Shown here one piece after another: positions 36,463 to 46,298 of a stretch of DNA of 54,570 nt (the stretch's first letter is position 1; every line of letters starts with the position of its first letter). The notes below the pieces were generated by a model. That model searched no databases and was not told the DNA's origin. It saw only the letters and a program-made list of their open reading frames with translations. A program made the position numbers and the translations under genes. The stretch lies in IMG/VR virus record IMGVR_UViG_3300035150_000119, positions 1 to 54,570 of that record; one strand, given 5' to 3'. Origin of the DNA: a virus. Its lineage: Duplodnaviria > Caudoviricetes.

Positions 36463-39057
36463 TCATAGGTGAAATAAGCTATTTATATTTTTATTAATAA
36501 TTCCTAATATCTTTTTAGCTTCTAAACTATGTGGATAAATTTCAAGATACCTATCAATATGTTTTTTAGCATTTTTAAAATCTTTTATCCCAATTTCTAA
36601 TTCGGCTAACCTTATGCAAAAACTATCAAAATCATGAGTTTTATCAACAATTCTATTTAATATTTTAAGACCTCTATGTAAATCTTTTAATAACCAAACT
36701 TGACCTCGCTCAAATCTAAATCTTAAATTCTCAACATCAAGTCTACATAATTTATCATATGCAGTTATAGATTTTTTAATATTACCAAGATATTGGTATG
36801 TTGTTGCTAATCCCCATAAAGCAACAATTTTATCCGGTATTATTTTATTTGCTTTTTTAATATACTTTAAAGCTAATTTAAAATTCTTTTCTTTCCCATA
36901 TTTTTTGCTCAATTCTATATATTTATTAAACTCTATTTCATTAGTTTTATCTTCTCTTGATTGAGCAATTAAAATACATTTATGTCTCATATTTAAACAT
37001 TTTTCATAAATTTTTAGCACATAGGATTCATTATTTAAATTATTAGATATTAAATATTCAGATTCTAATAATGGTCTTGCCCAATTGCCATTATCAATAA
37101 GTGTTTCCCATACTTTAATATCAATTTTAGGATTAGAATTTTCGATTACAGAATTTTCAATATTATCTAATTTTTTTAAAACATCATTATAAATTTCTAA
37201 TAATTTTTTTGAACTTTTTTTAGCTTCTTCTAATATCAGTTTACTTCTTTCTACTCTTATTGCTAAATCTTTTTTGTCTTTTAATAAATGATTAGTTTTT
37301 CCATTAACTTTTAATTCTCGACTTTGTATTTTTCTACTTATTTTATAGATATGCAATGATAATAATATACTTTGTTTTGCGGTATTTTGTGCCTCAATTG
37401 CATATTTTTCATTTTCAGTTAATAATTTTTTTAATTCTGTTTTTTTATTTTTATTTAACATAGAAGTTATTGGCTTTAATGCTTTATTACAGAGATCAAT
37501 TTCTTTTTTAAATAAATCAATTTCCCAGTTTAATCTTTTTTTTGTCTCTTTAATATCTTTTTTATAATCAGGTTTTAAAGTAAGATATTTTTTTAATTTA
37601 TTTTTATTTATTTTTCTTTTACAATATTTTTTTAATGCTAGTTTTAAACTCATTTGTTCACAGTGTTTTTTCTTTGCACCACCTTCGCAGGAATTAATAA
37701 ATTTAATATCAGGATGACTTTTAAAAATATTTTCCATAGAAGTAACAAAACTAGCCAATCCCATATTAGTAGGTACTGGTTTCTCAAAATATCCGGGGAT
37801 CCAAATAGCATTACCTAATTTTTGTTGATTTTTTAAACTTGAAAGAGGATCGGTAATATTCCAATCCATACTACCATCTTTATTTATTTCTATTTTTCCA
37901 ATAGCATCGCCTAGTTTATTATGGCTTAACTTTTTGTCTGGGTCATAAGCGCAATCAAATCCAATATGAATTACAGGATTGCAGCCTAAATGAACAGCTA
38001 ATCCAATAGCCATATGACCGACACTCCCCCCTTGGTCTAATTGTCCTTTTTCATTTAGCATTTCAACTACCGTATTAGTATTTGCTGGATTAAATCCAGT
38101 TACTATAAATTTAGGCCCTTGCCATTTTTCTAAAATCGGGGCATAAGTTCGATTCAATGCAACAAAAGGTATATCTTTAATATGCCAAAGATTATCGAAA
38201 TGCTCATAATTTACCTTACCATAATCTACACTGCAAATAAAATCAGGTTTTATTCCAAATGCTAATAATGGTCTTAACATTTGTGCAATTGCTATTATAA
38301 TTATTCTTTCTCTTATTTTTTTATCTAATAATTGTGGTAATAATTCGGTTACTGTCGGTGCGCTGAGAATTACAATAGCCGGTTTACCTTTGAATAAATT
38401 TTTAATATCTTTTATACCTCTATGTTTAATTACATAAGGTAAATTTTTAATATCATTTTCAGCAATTATCTCACCTGCACCCATTATTGTACCAACATTA
38501 CAAATAATCTGATTAACTAAATCCATTGTTAATTTTGTAATTTCTGAATAAATATCTTGCAATATGACTGTATAATTATCTACAACAGTATGCCATAATT
38601 GGATAACTTTTGTTGCATCTATAAATGCTAAAATTGTATTTAATTCTTCTTTCCTTGAACATATTAATAATCTGCCATCTTTTATATATTTACTAAAATT
38701 ATAATTTTCAAAAGCATAATTTATTAATTGCTGTATAGGTTCTATTAATAATAGAACATGTTTTTTTTCTGATTTTTGTAGTAATTTATTCAATAAATAT
38801 CCATTTCCTATCCCAATTAAAATAGTACATTCATCATTATACAAATTAATATTCTGAAATGTTTCATTTGCTTGTTTATGTTCATTATTTTTAGGATATG
38901 CAAGAATTTCTTTAGAACCTAATTTAATTAAGAAATTTTTTCTATTTATTATTTTTATATTTTCGTGTTCTTTCTCTTTTTCATTTAATAATTTTTCTTC
39001 AAATAATTTATTAAATTCATGTATTGTTTTAATATTTGCCTCATAACAATTATTCAT
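36463..39057 (-). CDS. Maf-family (DUF115/MAF_flag10) nonulosonate glycosyltransferase with C-terminal TPRs
   Basis: G.GNGY, IEP, N.IKNLP, L..FKGKPAI, GIKPDF..S.D, GGSV.H.A..LA..LGC.P...IG.D.AY, IN..EGGA. Confidence 0.85.
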   Translation of the reverse strand: MNNCYEANIKTIHEFNKLFEEKLLNEKEKEHENIKIINRKNFLIKLGSKEILAYPKNNEHKQANETFQNINLYNDECTILIGIGNGYLLNKLLQKSEKKHVLLLIEPIQQLINYAFENYNFSKYIKDGRLLICSRKEELNTILAFIDATKVIQLWHTVVDNYTVILQDIYSEITKLTMDLVNQIICNVGTIMGAGEIIAENDIKNLPYVIKHRGIKDIKNLFKGKPAIVILSAPTVTELLPQLLDKKIRERIIIIAIAQMLRPLLAFGIKPDFICSVDYGKVNYEHFDNLWHIKDIPFVALNRTYAPILEKWQGPKFIVTGFNPANTNTVVEMLNEKGQLDQGGSVGHMAIGLAVHLGCNPVIHIGFDCAYDPDKKLSHNKLGDAIGKIEINKDGSMDWNITDPLSSLKNQQKLGNAIWIPGYFEKPVPTNMGLASFVTSMENIFKSHPDIKFINSCEGGAKKKHCEQMSLKLALKKYCKRKINKNKLKKYLTLKPDYKKDIKETKKRLNWEIDLFKKEIDLCNKALKPITSMLNKNKKTELKKLLTENEKYAIEAQNTAKQSILLSLHIYKISRKIQSRELKVNGKTNHLLKDKKDLAIRVERSKLILEEAKKSSKKLLEIYNDVLKKLDNIENSVIENSNPKIDIKVWETLIDNGNWARPLLESEYLISNNLNNESYVLKIYEKCLNMRHKCILIAQSREDKTNEIEFNKYIELSKKYGKEKNFKLALKYIKKANKIIPDKIVALWGLATTYQYLGNIKKSITAYDKLCRLDVENLRFRFERGQVWLLKDLHRGLKILNRIVDKTHDFDSFCIRLAELEIGIKDFKNAKKHIDRYLEIYPHSLEAKKILGIINKNINSLFHL

Positions 39058-39218
39058 TACATAGCTCCTTGCTTAATTCATTAATTTTTTTATCGTTATT
39101 AGTAATTTGTTTAAATATTTTTTTAGCTTCTTTTGGATTTTCTTTAAAAGCTAATTTTAATAAATTCATCCAGCAGATATTATTCTTTTTTCTTATTTCA
39201 AATATCTTATCTATATTT

Positions 39219-39806
39219 TTATTTGTCATTTTGTAATTTTCTAATATATTTATTTTTTAAAATAGCATAAGCAACCACATCTTCAAATTTACCATTTAAA
39301 AATTGTCCTTGTTTAAATGTACCTTCATGTTTCATGTTTAATTTATTAAATACTCTTATCATACCTTTATTCAAAATTGAAGTTCCTGACCAGATACGAT
39401 TTAATCCTAATCTCATAAAGCCATGATAAAATAATACTTGACATGCTTCTGTTGTAAACCCTTGTCCCCAGCAATCAGTCTCTCCAATTACAACCGCAAA
39501 CTCTGCAGACCGATTTATCCAATCAATTCGTTGTAAACTAATCATACCTATATGTTTAGCGCTTTTTTTTTCAATGATCATAAATGATAATAAAGATTTA
39601 TCATTATCGCATCGCTGGAAAAAATTATTTAATTCACTTTGAGATTGAGGAAATAGACCATGACTATTATATTGATTAACTTTTAGATCGCCAAACCATG
39701 ACAAATAAGCAGATTTATTAAAATCAATCAAACCTTGTAATTTTTCTTTTGATGTAGATACTAAATATAACCGGTTGGTTTCTAACCTTAAAGATAATAT
39801 ATCCAT
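39219..39806 (-). CDS. GNAT (RimJ-type) acetyltransferase, PseH-like
   Basis: HIG.I.L..IDW.NR.AE, WG.G, F..L.L.RI, N. Confidence 0.85.
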   Translation of the reverse strand: MDILSLRLETNRLYLVSTSKEKLQGLIDFNKSAYLSWFGDLKVNQYNSHGLFPQSQSELNNFFQRCDNDKSLLSFMIIEKKSAKHIGMISLQRIDWINRSAEFAVVIGETDCWGQGFTTEACQVLFYHGFMRLGLNRIWSGTSILNKGMIRVFNKLNMKHEGTFKQGQFLNGKFEDVVAYAILKNKYIRKLQNDK

Positions 39807-39807
39807 T

Positions 39808-40650
39808 TTACCCCCTTAATCCGGATTTAGGATCAGCTAATTGTTTTAATTGTTTTTCAGATATTATAAATTTACTATTTATAATATTTGATATTTTAAA
39901 TAATTTATTTCTTAAATTTGAAATTTCAGATGAAGTCCAACAATGTTTATATTTACTCTCACTACCTAATTTATCGTTAAGATCGAAATGCAATTCAATA
40001 ATTTGAGCATAAGAATTTACGGCTTCTAATATAACATCTATATCTCTTGTGTGATCTGAATAGCCCACAAAAATATTTTTATTTGATTTATCTTTTTTTA
40101 ATTGTGTTTTCTGGAAAATTAATGAATAAATAATAGCAAGTCTATTAATTGCAGCTTCTTCAATTAATGTCGGATATTTACTGACACAATGTAATAAATA
40201 ATATTTACATTCTTTTAACCCTTCATCTAAAATTAAATCAATTAAATTAAGAATATTATCATTCGATGCTAATCCACAACTGATATATATATCCTTTTTA
40301 GTTTGCATACTTTTTTTTATAAGATTTTTTCTTAAAATATCAAAACTGCTTATTTTAATAAAATCTACATAATTTTTTATTTCTTCAATTGCTTCTAAAT
40401 AAAATGGCGTGATCCCAAAAAACAACCCTAATCTTTTACATAATTTGGCTATTTCTGGAATCCAATCAATATTAAGTTCTTGCTTTTTATATTTATTTTG
40501 GCTATTTTTATTTCTAGTTATTTTTTCAGCTTTGAATAACTGAAATTTTACTGCTGAAAACCCCATTTCTTTGGCACTTGTAATTAAATCGCAGCATCTT
40601 TTCCAATCTTGATTATGATTCGAGCCTATTTCTGCAATTATTTGTAGCAT
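39808..40650 (-). CDS. neuB: NeuB/PseI-family nonulosonate synthase (no C-terminal SAF domain)
   Basis: IAEIGSNHN, AVKFQ, KISS.D, LHCVS.YP, GYSDHT, IE.HF. Confidence 0.9.
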   Translation of the reverse strand: MLQIIAEIGSNHNQDWKRCCDLITSAKEMGFSAVKFQLFKAEKITRNKNSQNKYKKQELNIDWIPEIAKLCKRLGLFFGITPFYLEAIEEIKNYVDFIKISSFDILRKNLIKKSMQTKKDIYISCGLASNDNILNLIDLILDEGLKECKYYLLHCVSKYPTLIEEAAINRLAIIYSLIFQKTQLKKDKSNKNIFVGYSDHTRDIDVILEAVNSYAQIIELHFDLNDKLGSESKYKHCWTSSEISNLRNKLFKISNIINSKFIISEKQLKQLADPKSGLRG

Positions 40651-40820
40651 TATTTACCTCTTTTTATCAATTAATTTGTATAATTTTACTATTTCTGATA
40701 TTAAAAAATTCATTCCTAGTATAAAATATTCATGTTCGCTACAAGTTTGCATATTTTTCTCTATATATTCTATCATTTCATTTTTAATTTTCTTAATCAA
40801 CAATCCATCTTTATCCTCTA

Positions 40821-42101
40821 TCATTTTAATTCCTTACGGTTATCATAAACTTTATAAAAAGCATCTGCAATATCTTTAATGTCTAAATCAGATAATGGTA
40901 AAGCATGATAACTCATCATACAAAATTTATTATTTTGCAAATCTTCAACTACTGAAAAATTTAAATCCATATTAAATATAGGCATTTTATAGATAGGTTT
41001 TATATATCCATGCCAAATTAATGCATCAATTTTTGATGTTATTCCCATTTCAGTCCGACTTATAGTTAACTCAGACTTTACAGCATCAATAAATATATTT
41101 CTGCTAATACCAATTTTTTTTTCATCATATAAAAATGGTAACACATAATAACTATGTTCTGAGTTTGGTCGGCTATCACAAAATTTTATACCGTCGATTT
41201 TAATTGAATCTTTAATTTTTTTTACATTATTTTTTCTTAATTCTAATTCTTTATTTAAACATTTCAATTGCTCTATTAAAACAATAGCTTGCATTTCGGT
41301 CATTCTCATATTAAATCCATATTGATTTTCCATAAAATAATATTTAAGCTTACTAGGCATGCTATCAATAACGGCTTCCGCATGATTTCTAATCAATGCG
41401 CATTTCATATATAAATTATAATCTTTTGTTATAATAAATCCACCTTCACCGCAGGTACAATGTTTACCTTGCGTAAAACTAAAACATCCAATATCGCCAA
41501 AAGTCCCAGCTTGATTTCCGTTATATTTTGCGCCGAGTGCCTGAGCCGAATCTTCTATTACAAATAAATTATGTTTTTTTGCTATTTTGTTTATTTTTTC
41601 TACCTCGTATGGTTGGCCGAATAAATCTACAACAATTATGGCTTTTGTTTTTTTTGTGATTTTTTTCTCGATGCTTTTTGGATCAAGGCAAAAATAATTT
41701 TTTTCAACATCTGCGAATACCGGCGATGCAGAGTAAACCATCGGAGCTGTTGCAGAACATGTCATACTCCATGGGGTTACTATAACTTCATCATGAGAAT
41801 GTAATCCAATAGCACCGCATGAAATTTGCAAAGCTGAGGTACAACTATTTACAGCTAACACATAATATTTCTCTTTATTCTGAGAATTTTCATAAATCCA
41901 GTTTTCAAAATATTCTTCTAATTCTCTTATATATTTCCCTCCCCAAAAATGCTGGCCAGAACTACCTCTATATCCACTCAAAGTATTAGAAGAAACTAAA
42001 TTACATAATTTTTCTTTAATTATATCTTTATTATAAAGTTGTCTTTGAGGAAAAGGTGTTAACCGTATACTTTTACCACTATTAATTGATAATTTACTCA
42101 T
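40821..42101 (-). CDS. DegT/DnrJ/EryC1/StrS sugar aminotransferase
   Basis: NSCTSAL, IEDSAQA, FSF..GKH...GEGG, GFNMRM. Confidence 0.95.
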   Translation of the reverse strand: MSKLSINSGKSIRLTPFPQRQLYNKDIIKEKLCNLVSSNTLSGYRGSSGQHFWGGKYIRELEEYFENWIYENSQNKEKYYVLAVNSCTSALQISCGAIGLHSHDEVIVTPWSMTCSATAPMVYSASPVFADVEKNYFCLDPKSIEKKITKKTKAIIVVDLFGQPYEVEKINKIAKKHNLFVIEDSAQALGAKYNGNQAGTFGDIGCFSFTQGKHCTCGEGGFIITKDYNLYMKCALIRNHAEAVIDSMPSKLKYYFMENQYGFNMRMTEMQAIVLIEQLKCLNKELELRKNNVKKIKDSIKIDGIKFCDSRPNSEHSYYVLPFLYDEKKIGISRNIFIDAVKSELTISRTEMGITSKIDALIWHGYIKPIYKMPIFNMDLNFSVVEDLQNNKFCMMSYHALPLSDLDIKDIADAFYKVYDNRKELK

Positions 42102-42774
42102 ATAAAATTCCTTTTATATATTCAATTTCTTTTTCAAGCTGTTTAATATTATCGCAAATACTTTCTAATATAATTGGGGTTTTTTGTGTTTTCATTATAT
42201 ATGCAATATATAATAATTCATCAATTTTATTTTTTTGTGTATTACAAAAAAATTTATGACAATTATTATCAATAGTATTACTAAGATGAATTTGTTTTAT
42301 ATAATTTTTATTTTTTTCATAAAATGTAAATAGTTCATTTTGAGCCATTGCGTGGCTTACATCAAAACAAATATTATCAATATTCTCAAAACTATATTTT
42401 TTATAATCTACATTTTCATATAATATTGGAATATCTGCATTTTGAAATATTTTTGGAATATTATTAATTAAATCTATATGTGCAATAAATGAATCTATAT
42501 TTAATTTATTCCTTTTCAAAAATGATAAAGTTAGAAAATAAGAATTATATTGATTAGGAAGATGTAAGCTTTTATATTTTAAACTATTTATCCATTTTAC
42601 ATTTTCTTTTGACAAGGTAAAAGTTTTTAATTCTTCTTTTGCCAAAAGAATTTCAATAGCATTTATTTTATTCCCAAATTTTTCTTTATATAAACTTATA
42701 ATATTATTTCTATCTTCAATAAATTTATATGCACAACCTAAACTTAACCCAAAAATATAATTATTATTTATCAT
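42094..42774 (-). CDS. TIM-barrel sugar-phosphate isomerase/epimerase-like protein
   Basis: SLHLP, EN, CFDVSHA, IHLS, H, ILE. Confidence 0.7.
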   Translation of the reverse strand: MINNNYIFGLSLGCAYKFIEDRNNIISLYKEKFGNKINAIEILLAKEELKTFTLSKENVKWINSLKYKSLHLPNQYNSYFLTLSFLKRNKLNIDSFIAHIDLINNIPKIFQNADIPILYENVDYKKYSFENIDNICFDVSHAMAQNELFTFYEKNKNYIKQIHLSNTIDNNCHKFFCNTQKNKIDELLYIAYIMKTQKTPIILESICDNIKQLEKEIEYIKGILYE

Positions 42775-43557
42775 TTAATATTCCAACAATAATTTTGTAG
42801 ATTTTAAATTCTTATTAATTTCTAACAATTCTGGATTTCCTATAAGATAATTAATTATTTGCCAATATTTAATATATTTAAATTTATCAGAACCAAAATA
42901 GTCAATTATTTTTTTTATCAATTCTAAATCTTCCGGATAATCGATGCATAATCGCCATTCAGGATGAAAATGTTTTTTATCTGCTTCAAAATTAATTATT
43001 TTTAATTCTTCTCGATTAAATTTTTCTCTATAATGCCAAATATTCCAACCTGTCCAGTTAGGATTATAATCAATTCCTAAAATTTTCTCATATATTTCTC
43101 TTGTATATACTTGGATATCATAACCATCAGGAAAAGTTCGAGTAATACAATTTGCTGAATAACCTGCACCATAATCTATTAATCTATCAATTAACAAATC
43201 TGCTAATGAAGGATCAAAAAATGTACAACAATGACTTATATCTACAATAATATCAATATTAAATTGTTTTGCCGCATTTAAACATCTTAAAAAAATATCA
43301 TCATTATCACCAAATGAAACATTTATTTTAATTTCATTTTGTTTATAATTTTTTAAAAATTCAATTATGCTTTCAAATTCACCTTTTTTATTTGATATTG
43401 CTAATATTATTTCGTCAATATACAAAGAGGTTGAAGCTCTTTCTATTATCCATTCAAGCTGACATTTATCATGAATTTTCGATAATACTTTATTTGGGAA
43501 TCGATTACTGCTTAATCTTGTCGGAATGATTAACCCTACTTTATTATCTTTATACAT
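42775..43557 (-). CDS. spsF: SpsF-like cytidylyltransferase, paralog 2
   Basis: R..S.RFP.KV, FP.G.D, RL.IDYPED. Confidence 0.8.
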   Translation of the reverse strand: MYKDNKVGLIIPTRLSSNRFPNKVLSKIHDKCQLEWIIERASTSLYIDEIILAISNKKGEFESIIEFLKNYKQNEIKINVSFGDNDDIFLRCLNAAKQFNIDIIVDISHCCTFFDPSLADLLIDRLIDYGAGYSANCITRTFPDGYDIQVYTREIYEKILGIDYNPNWTGWNIWHYREKFNREELKIINFEADKKHFHPEWRLCIDYPEDLELIKKIIDYFGSDKFKYIKYWQIINYLIGNPELLEINKNLKSTKLLLEY

Positions 43558-44348
43558 TATTTTGCTCCTGCTATTTTTTGTTTACAATTTTTATTAATTT
43601 CTAATAATTTCGGATTCATTATTAAATAATTAATAATTTTATCATAAGAAATATTTTGAATATTATTTTTTCCAAAATGATCAATTATTTTTTCAATAAG
43701 TTCTAAATCTTCCGGGTAATCAATACATAATCGCCATTCAGGATGAAAATATATACTAGATGCAAGTATGTTGCCAAATTTACATTTTTTCTCCATCCCA
43801 AAAATACTTTGTATATCTGCAGAATATGCCCATATATTCCAACCTGAATGCTGTCTATGATTAGGATTAATAACTATTTCATTTGCTAAATCCAATAATT
43901 TAGAATTATATATTTGAATATCAAATCCTCGTGGATAACTTCTTACCATACAATTTGATAAATAATCATATTTTTCGTATATAAATCTTTCGAGCATTTC
44001 ATCAATCATAAACGGATCAATTAATGGACAATCAGCTGTAATATCTATAATAGAAATACTTTTTTTAGTTAGCCTAGTTATTTCTTTTGATACATTATAT
44101 ACTGTATCTATGGATTCATTTGGATTACCAATATTAAAACAAATAATATTATTTGTTATACAAAAGTCTAAAATTTCTACATCTGCTTCATCTGTTGTAC
44201 AGCCAACAACAATTTTATCTATTTTTTCACTAAGTTTTAATCTTTTAATCAAAAGGTCTAATAAATTTAAATCATCATAAATATTTTTCAAAACTTTACC
44301 CGGCAATCTAGTACTATTCATTCTTGCCTGAACTATCGCAACGTTCAT
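43557..44348 (-). CDS. spsF: SpsF-like cytidylyltransferase, paralog 1
   Basis: QARMNSTRLPGKVL, TADCP.IDP, RL.IDYPED. Confidence 0.9.
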   Translation of the reverse strand: MNVAIVQARMNSTRLPGKVLKNIYDDLNLLDLLIKRLKLSEKIDKIVVGCTTDEADVEILDFCITNNIICFNIGNPNESIDTVYNVSKEITRLTKKSISIIDITADCPLIDPFMIDEMLERFIYEKYDYLSNCMVRSYPRGFDIQIYNSKLLDLANEIVINPNHRQHSGWNIWAYSADIQSIFGMEKKCKFGNILASSIYFHPEWRLCIDYPEDLELIEKIIDHFGKNNIQNISYDKIINYLIMNPKLLEINKNCKQKIAGAK

Positions 44349-44356
44349 ATTTAATC

Positions 44357-45358
44357 CTAATTTAATATTTTTTGATATACTTTTTGGACATCAAGAGCAT
44401 TTGTATCAGTACAAATTAAATTATATTGGTTTTTATTTTTAGACTTGAAATATTCAAGGGTATTTCTGTACATAGAAATAAGAGACAATTCAATTTCATT
44501 ATTAATAATTTTTGTTGCCTTGTAATTCATACTCGAAAAATCACCATAAACTTTTTCAGATTTTTTAAAATAAATTTTAGTTTTTTTACCATGATCTATT
44601 AAATTTATTCTTGCATTTTCAGTCAAAATATCCATTTCAAAAATACTATAATCTAAACCATTCGCAGGTGTCAAAAATATATTTTTGCATTTATCGTATT
44701 CCATCCAGACCGGGACCGTAAAATCTTTTTCATCAAAATCATTATATATATTATTTCGATTTCCTAAAATTTTACCTTGTTTAAATTCTCCAAAAAAATA
44801 ATTACATAAATCAATAGCATGGCATGCGTCTCGCTGAAATCCACGAACATAAATAATATTGCATGCTCTAATTTTACCATACTTTTGGGTTTCAAGTTTT
44901 GATTTTATTTCTAAAATTGATGGACAAAACCTTCTTGTATAATTAATGACAATAGGGATATTCGCTTTTTGATATTGTTTGCTAATTTTTACAGCTTCAT
45001 CATAATTATTACAAAAAGGCTTTTCTGCAATAATTAGTTTTGGATTTAATTTTAAAACTTCTAACATTATATTTGAATGATAATTAGTGTTTACTGCAAT
45101 TGTAAAAATATCTATATCAATATGATTGTTTTTTAATCCTTTTAAATTAAAAAAACCTTTACATTCCCATTTTTTACATGCTTTTACCAATTTTTCTATA
45201 TTATTATCAATAATATAAAATTCATTTATTAGTTTTTTCTTTCTTAAAAAATATAAAGAATGTGCATGGGTTAGAATATTTTTAGAATGGGGACTATCAT
45301 ATTTATCTGGTTTTAATGCTCCGATACTACCTGCACCAATTATACAGACATTTAACAT
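44357..45358 (-). CDS. Gfo/Idh/MocA oxidoreductase
   Basis: IIGAGSIG, EKP, NY.RRF, H.ID. Confidence 0.9.
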   Translation of the reverse strand: MLNVCIIGAGSIGALKPDKYDSPHSKNILTHAHSLYFLRKKKLINEFYIIDNNIEKLVKACKKWECKGFFNLKGLKNNHIDIDIFTIAVNTNYHSNIMLEVLKLNPKLIIAEKPFCNNYDEAVKISKQYQKANIPIVINYTRRFCPSILEIKSKLETQKYGKIRACNIIYVRGFQRDACHAIDLCNYFFGEFKQGKILGNRNNIYNDFDEKDFTVPVWMEYDKCKNIFLTPANGLDYSIFEMDILTENARINLIDHGKKTKIYFKKSEKVYGDFSSMNYKATKIINNEIELSLISMYRNTLEYFKSKNKNQYNLICTDTNALDVQKVYQKILN

Positions 45359-45371
45359 AATTATCCTTTAA

Positions 45372-45530
45372 TTATTTAGATTTTATTTCTTTTATTATTT
45401 TTTGTATGTCTTCATGATTTTTTAAAATATCAATTATAAATTGGCGTATAGTTTTACGTTCGTATGCGGCTTGAATTTTAATCGCCGATTTTAAATCGTC
45501 ATCTAAATTTTCAATAATTATTGTATTCAT
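45372..45530 (-). CDS. Ribbon-helix-helix-like regulator (52 aa)
   Basis: MNTIIIENLDDDLKSAIKIQAAYERKTIRQFIIDIL matches Arc/FitA-type pattern; heads the sugar operon. Confidence 0.7.
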   Translation of the reverse strand: MNTIIIENLDDDLKSAIKIQAAYERKTIRQFIIDILKNHEDIQKIIKEIKSK

Positions 45531-45562
45531 AGTTATTGCCTTTTATATGTTATATATTAAAT

Positions 45563-45590
45563 ATATTATCACATATATACATATTGTCAA
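45563..45590 (-). promoter_or_regulatory. Candidate promoter of sugar operon
   Basis: TTGACA-N16-TAATAT. Confidence 0.45.
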
Positions 45591-45757
45591 TAATATTTTT
45601 TAAGTTTTTATGATTTGTTATTTCTCTCGTTTGTTATTCCTAAATATTCAAATAACGTTATTTCACCTATTACCAATTTATTAAATAATAGTTTATCTTC
45701 ATGTTCTGAATTATAACTCATTTTTCTCTCTTTTATAAATAAGTCTTTTTTCATTTT

Positions 45758-46180
45758 TTAATTTTTTAAGTATTTTGCTATTTGCATAGTCTGATTATAA
45801 CTATAAGTTGCAATAATATTATCATAATTATCTTTCTTTTTGCCTGATGTACAATCATAATATTTGCCTTCATGTCGTACAACAGCATGGAATCGGCCTG
45901 AATCTGTTTTTACACCTATCAATTCAGTTTCTTTGCCTGTCTGATATTTCCATATAGCCATTAATAATATGGCCATATCTTCGCAATCGCCTTCTCCATC
46001 ATCTAACGTCTCGTCCGGCATTTTCCAATCATCTCCATCTTCTTTTTTATATTCAATATTATTATATATCCATTTGCATGCTTCTTTCATTGATGAAAAT
46101 TCAGGATTATTAAATGCAAAATCACCTCCCAATTCCCATGAACATGAGATTAATAAAAAAACCAATATAGCATTTTTCAT
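45758..46180 (-). CDS. Transglutaminase-like cysteine protease lipoprotein
   Basis: Lipobox LLISC; W..P.ETL..G.GDCED, HA, D. Confidence 0.8.
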   Translation of the reverse strand: MKNAILVFLLISCSWELGGDFAFNNPEFSSMKEACKWIYNNIEYKKEDGDDWKMPDETLDDGEGDCEDMAILLMAIWKYQTGKETELIGVKTDSGRFHAVVRHEGKYYDCTSGKKKDNYDNIIATYSYNQTMQIAKYLKN

Positions 46181-46253
46181 TTTTACCTCTATAAATTTAA
46201 TCTAATTTTAGGGAATAATTTTTTACATATTTTGCTATTTTGCTGGGTAAGGG

Positions 46254-46298
46254 CTATTTGCCCCTACCCCCTTTTCCTGTTCCAGATTCACAATTCAT
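46254..46298 (-). CDS. 14-aa peptide MNCESGTGKGGRGK
   Basis: AGGAGG 5 nt before ATG; ATGA overlap with the cysH stop. Confidence 0.55.
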   Translation of the reverse strand: MNCESGTGKGGRGK

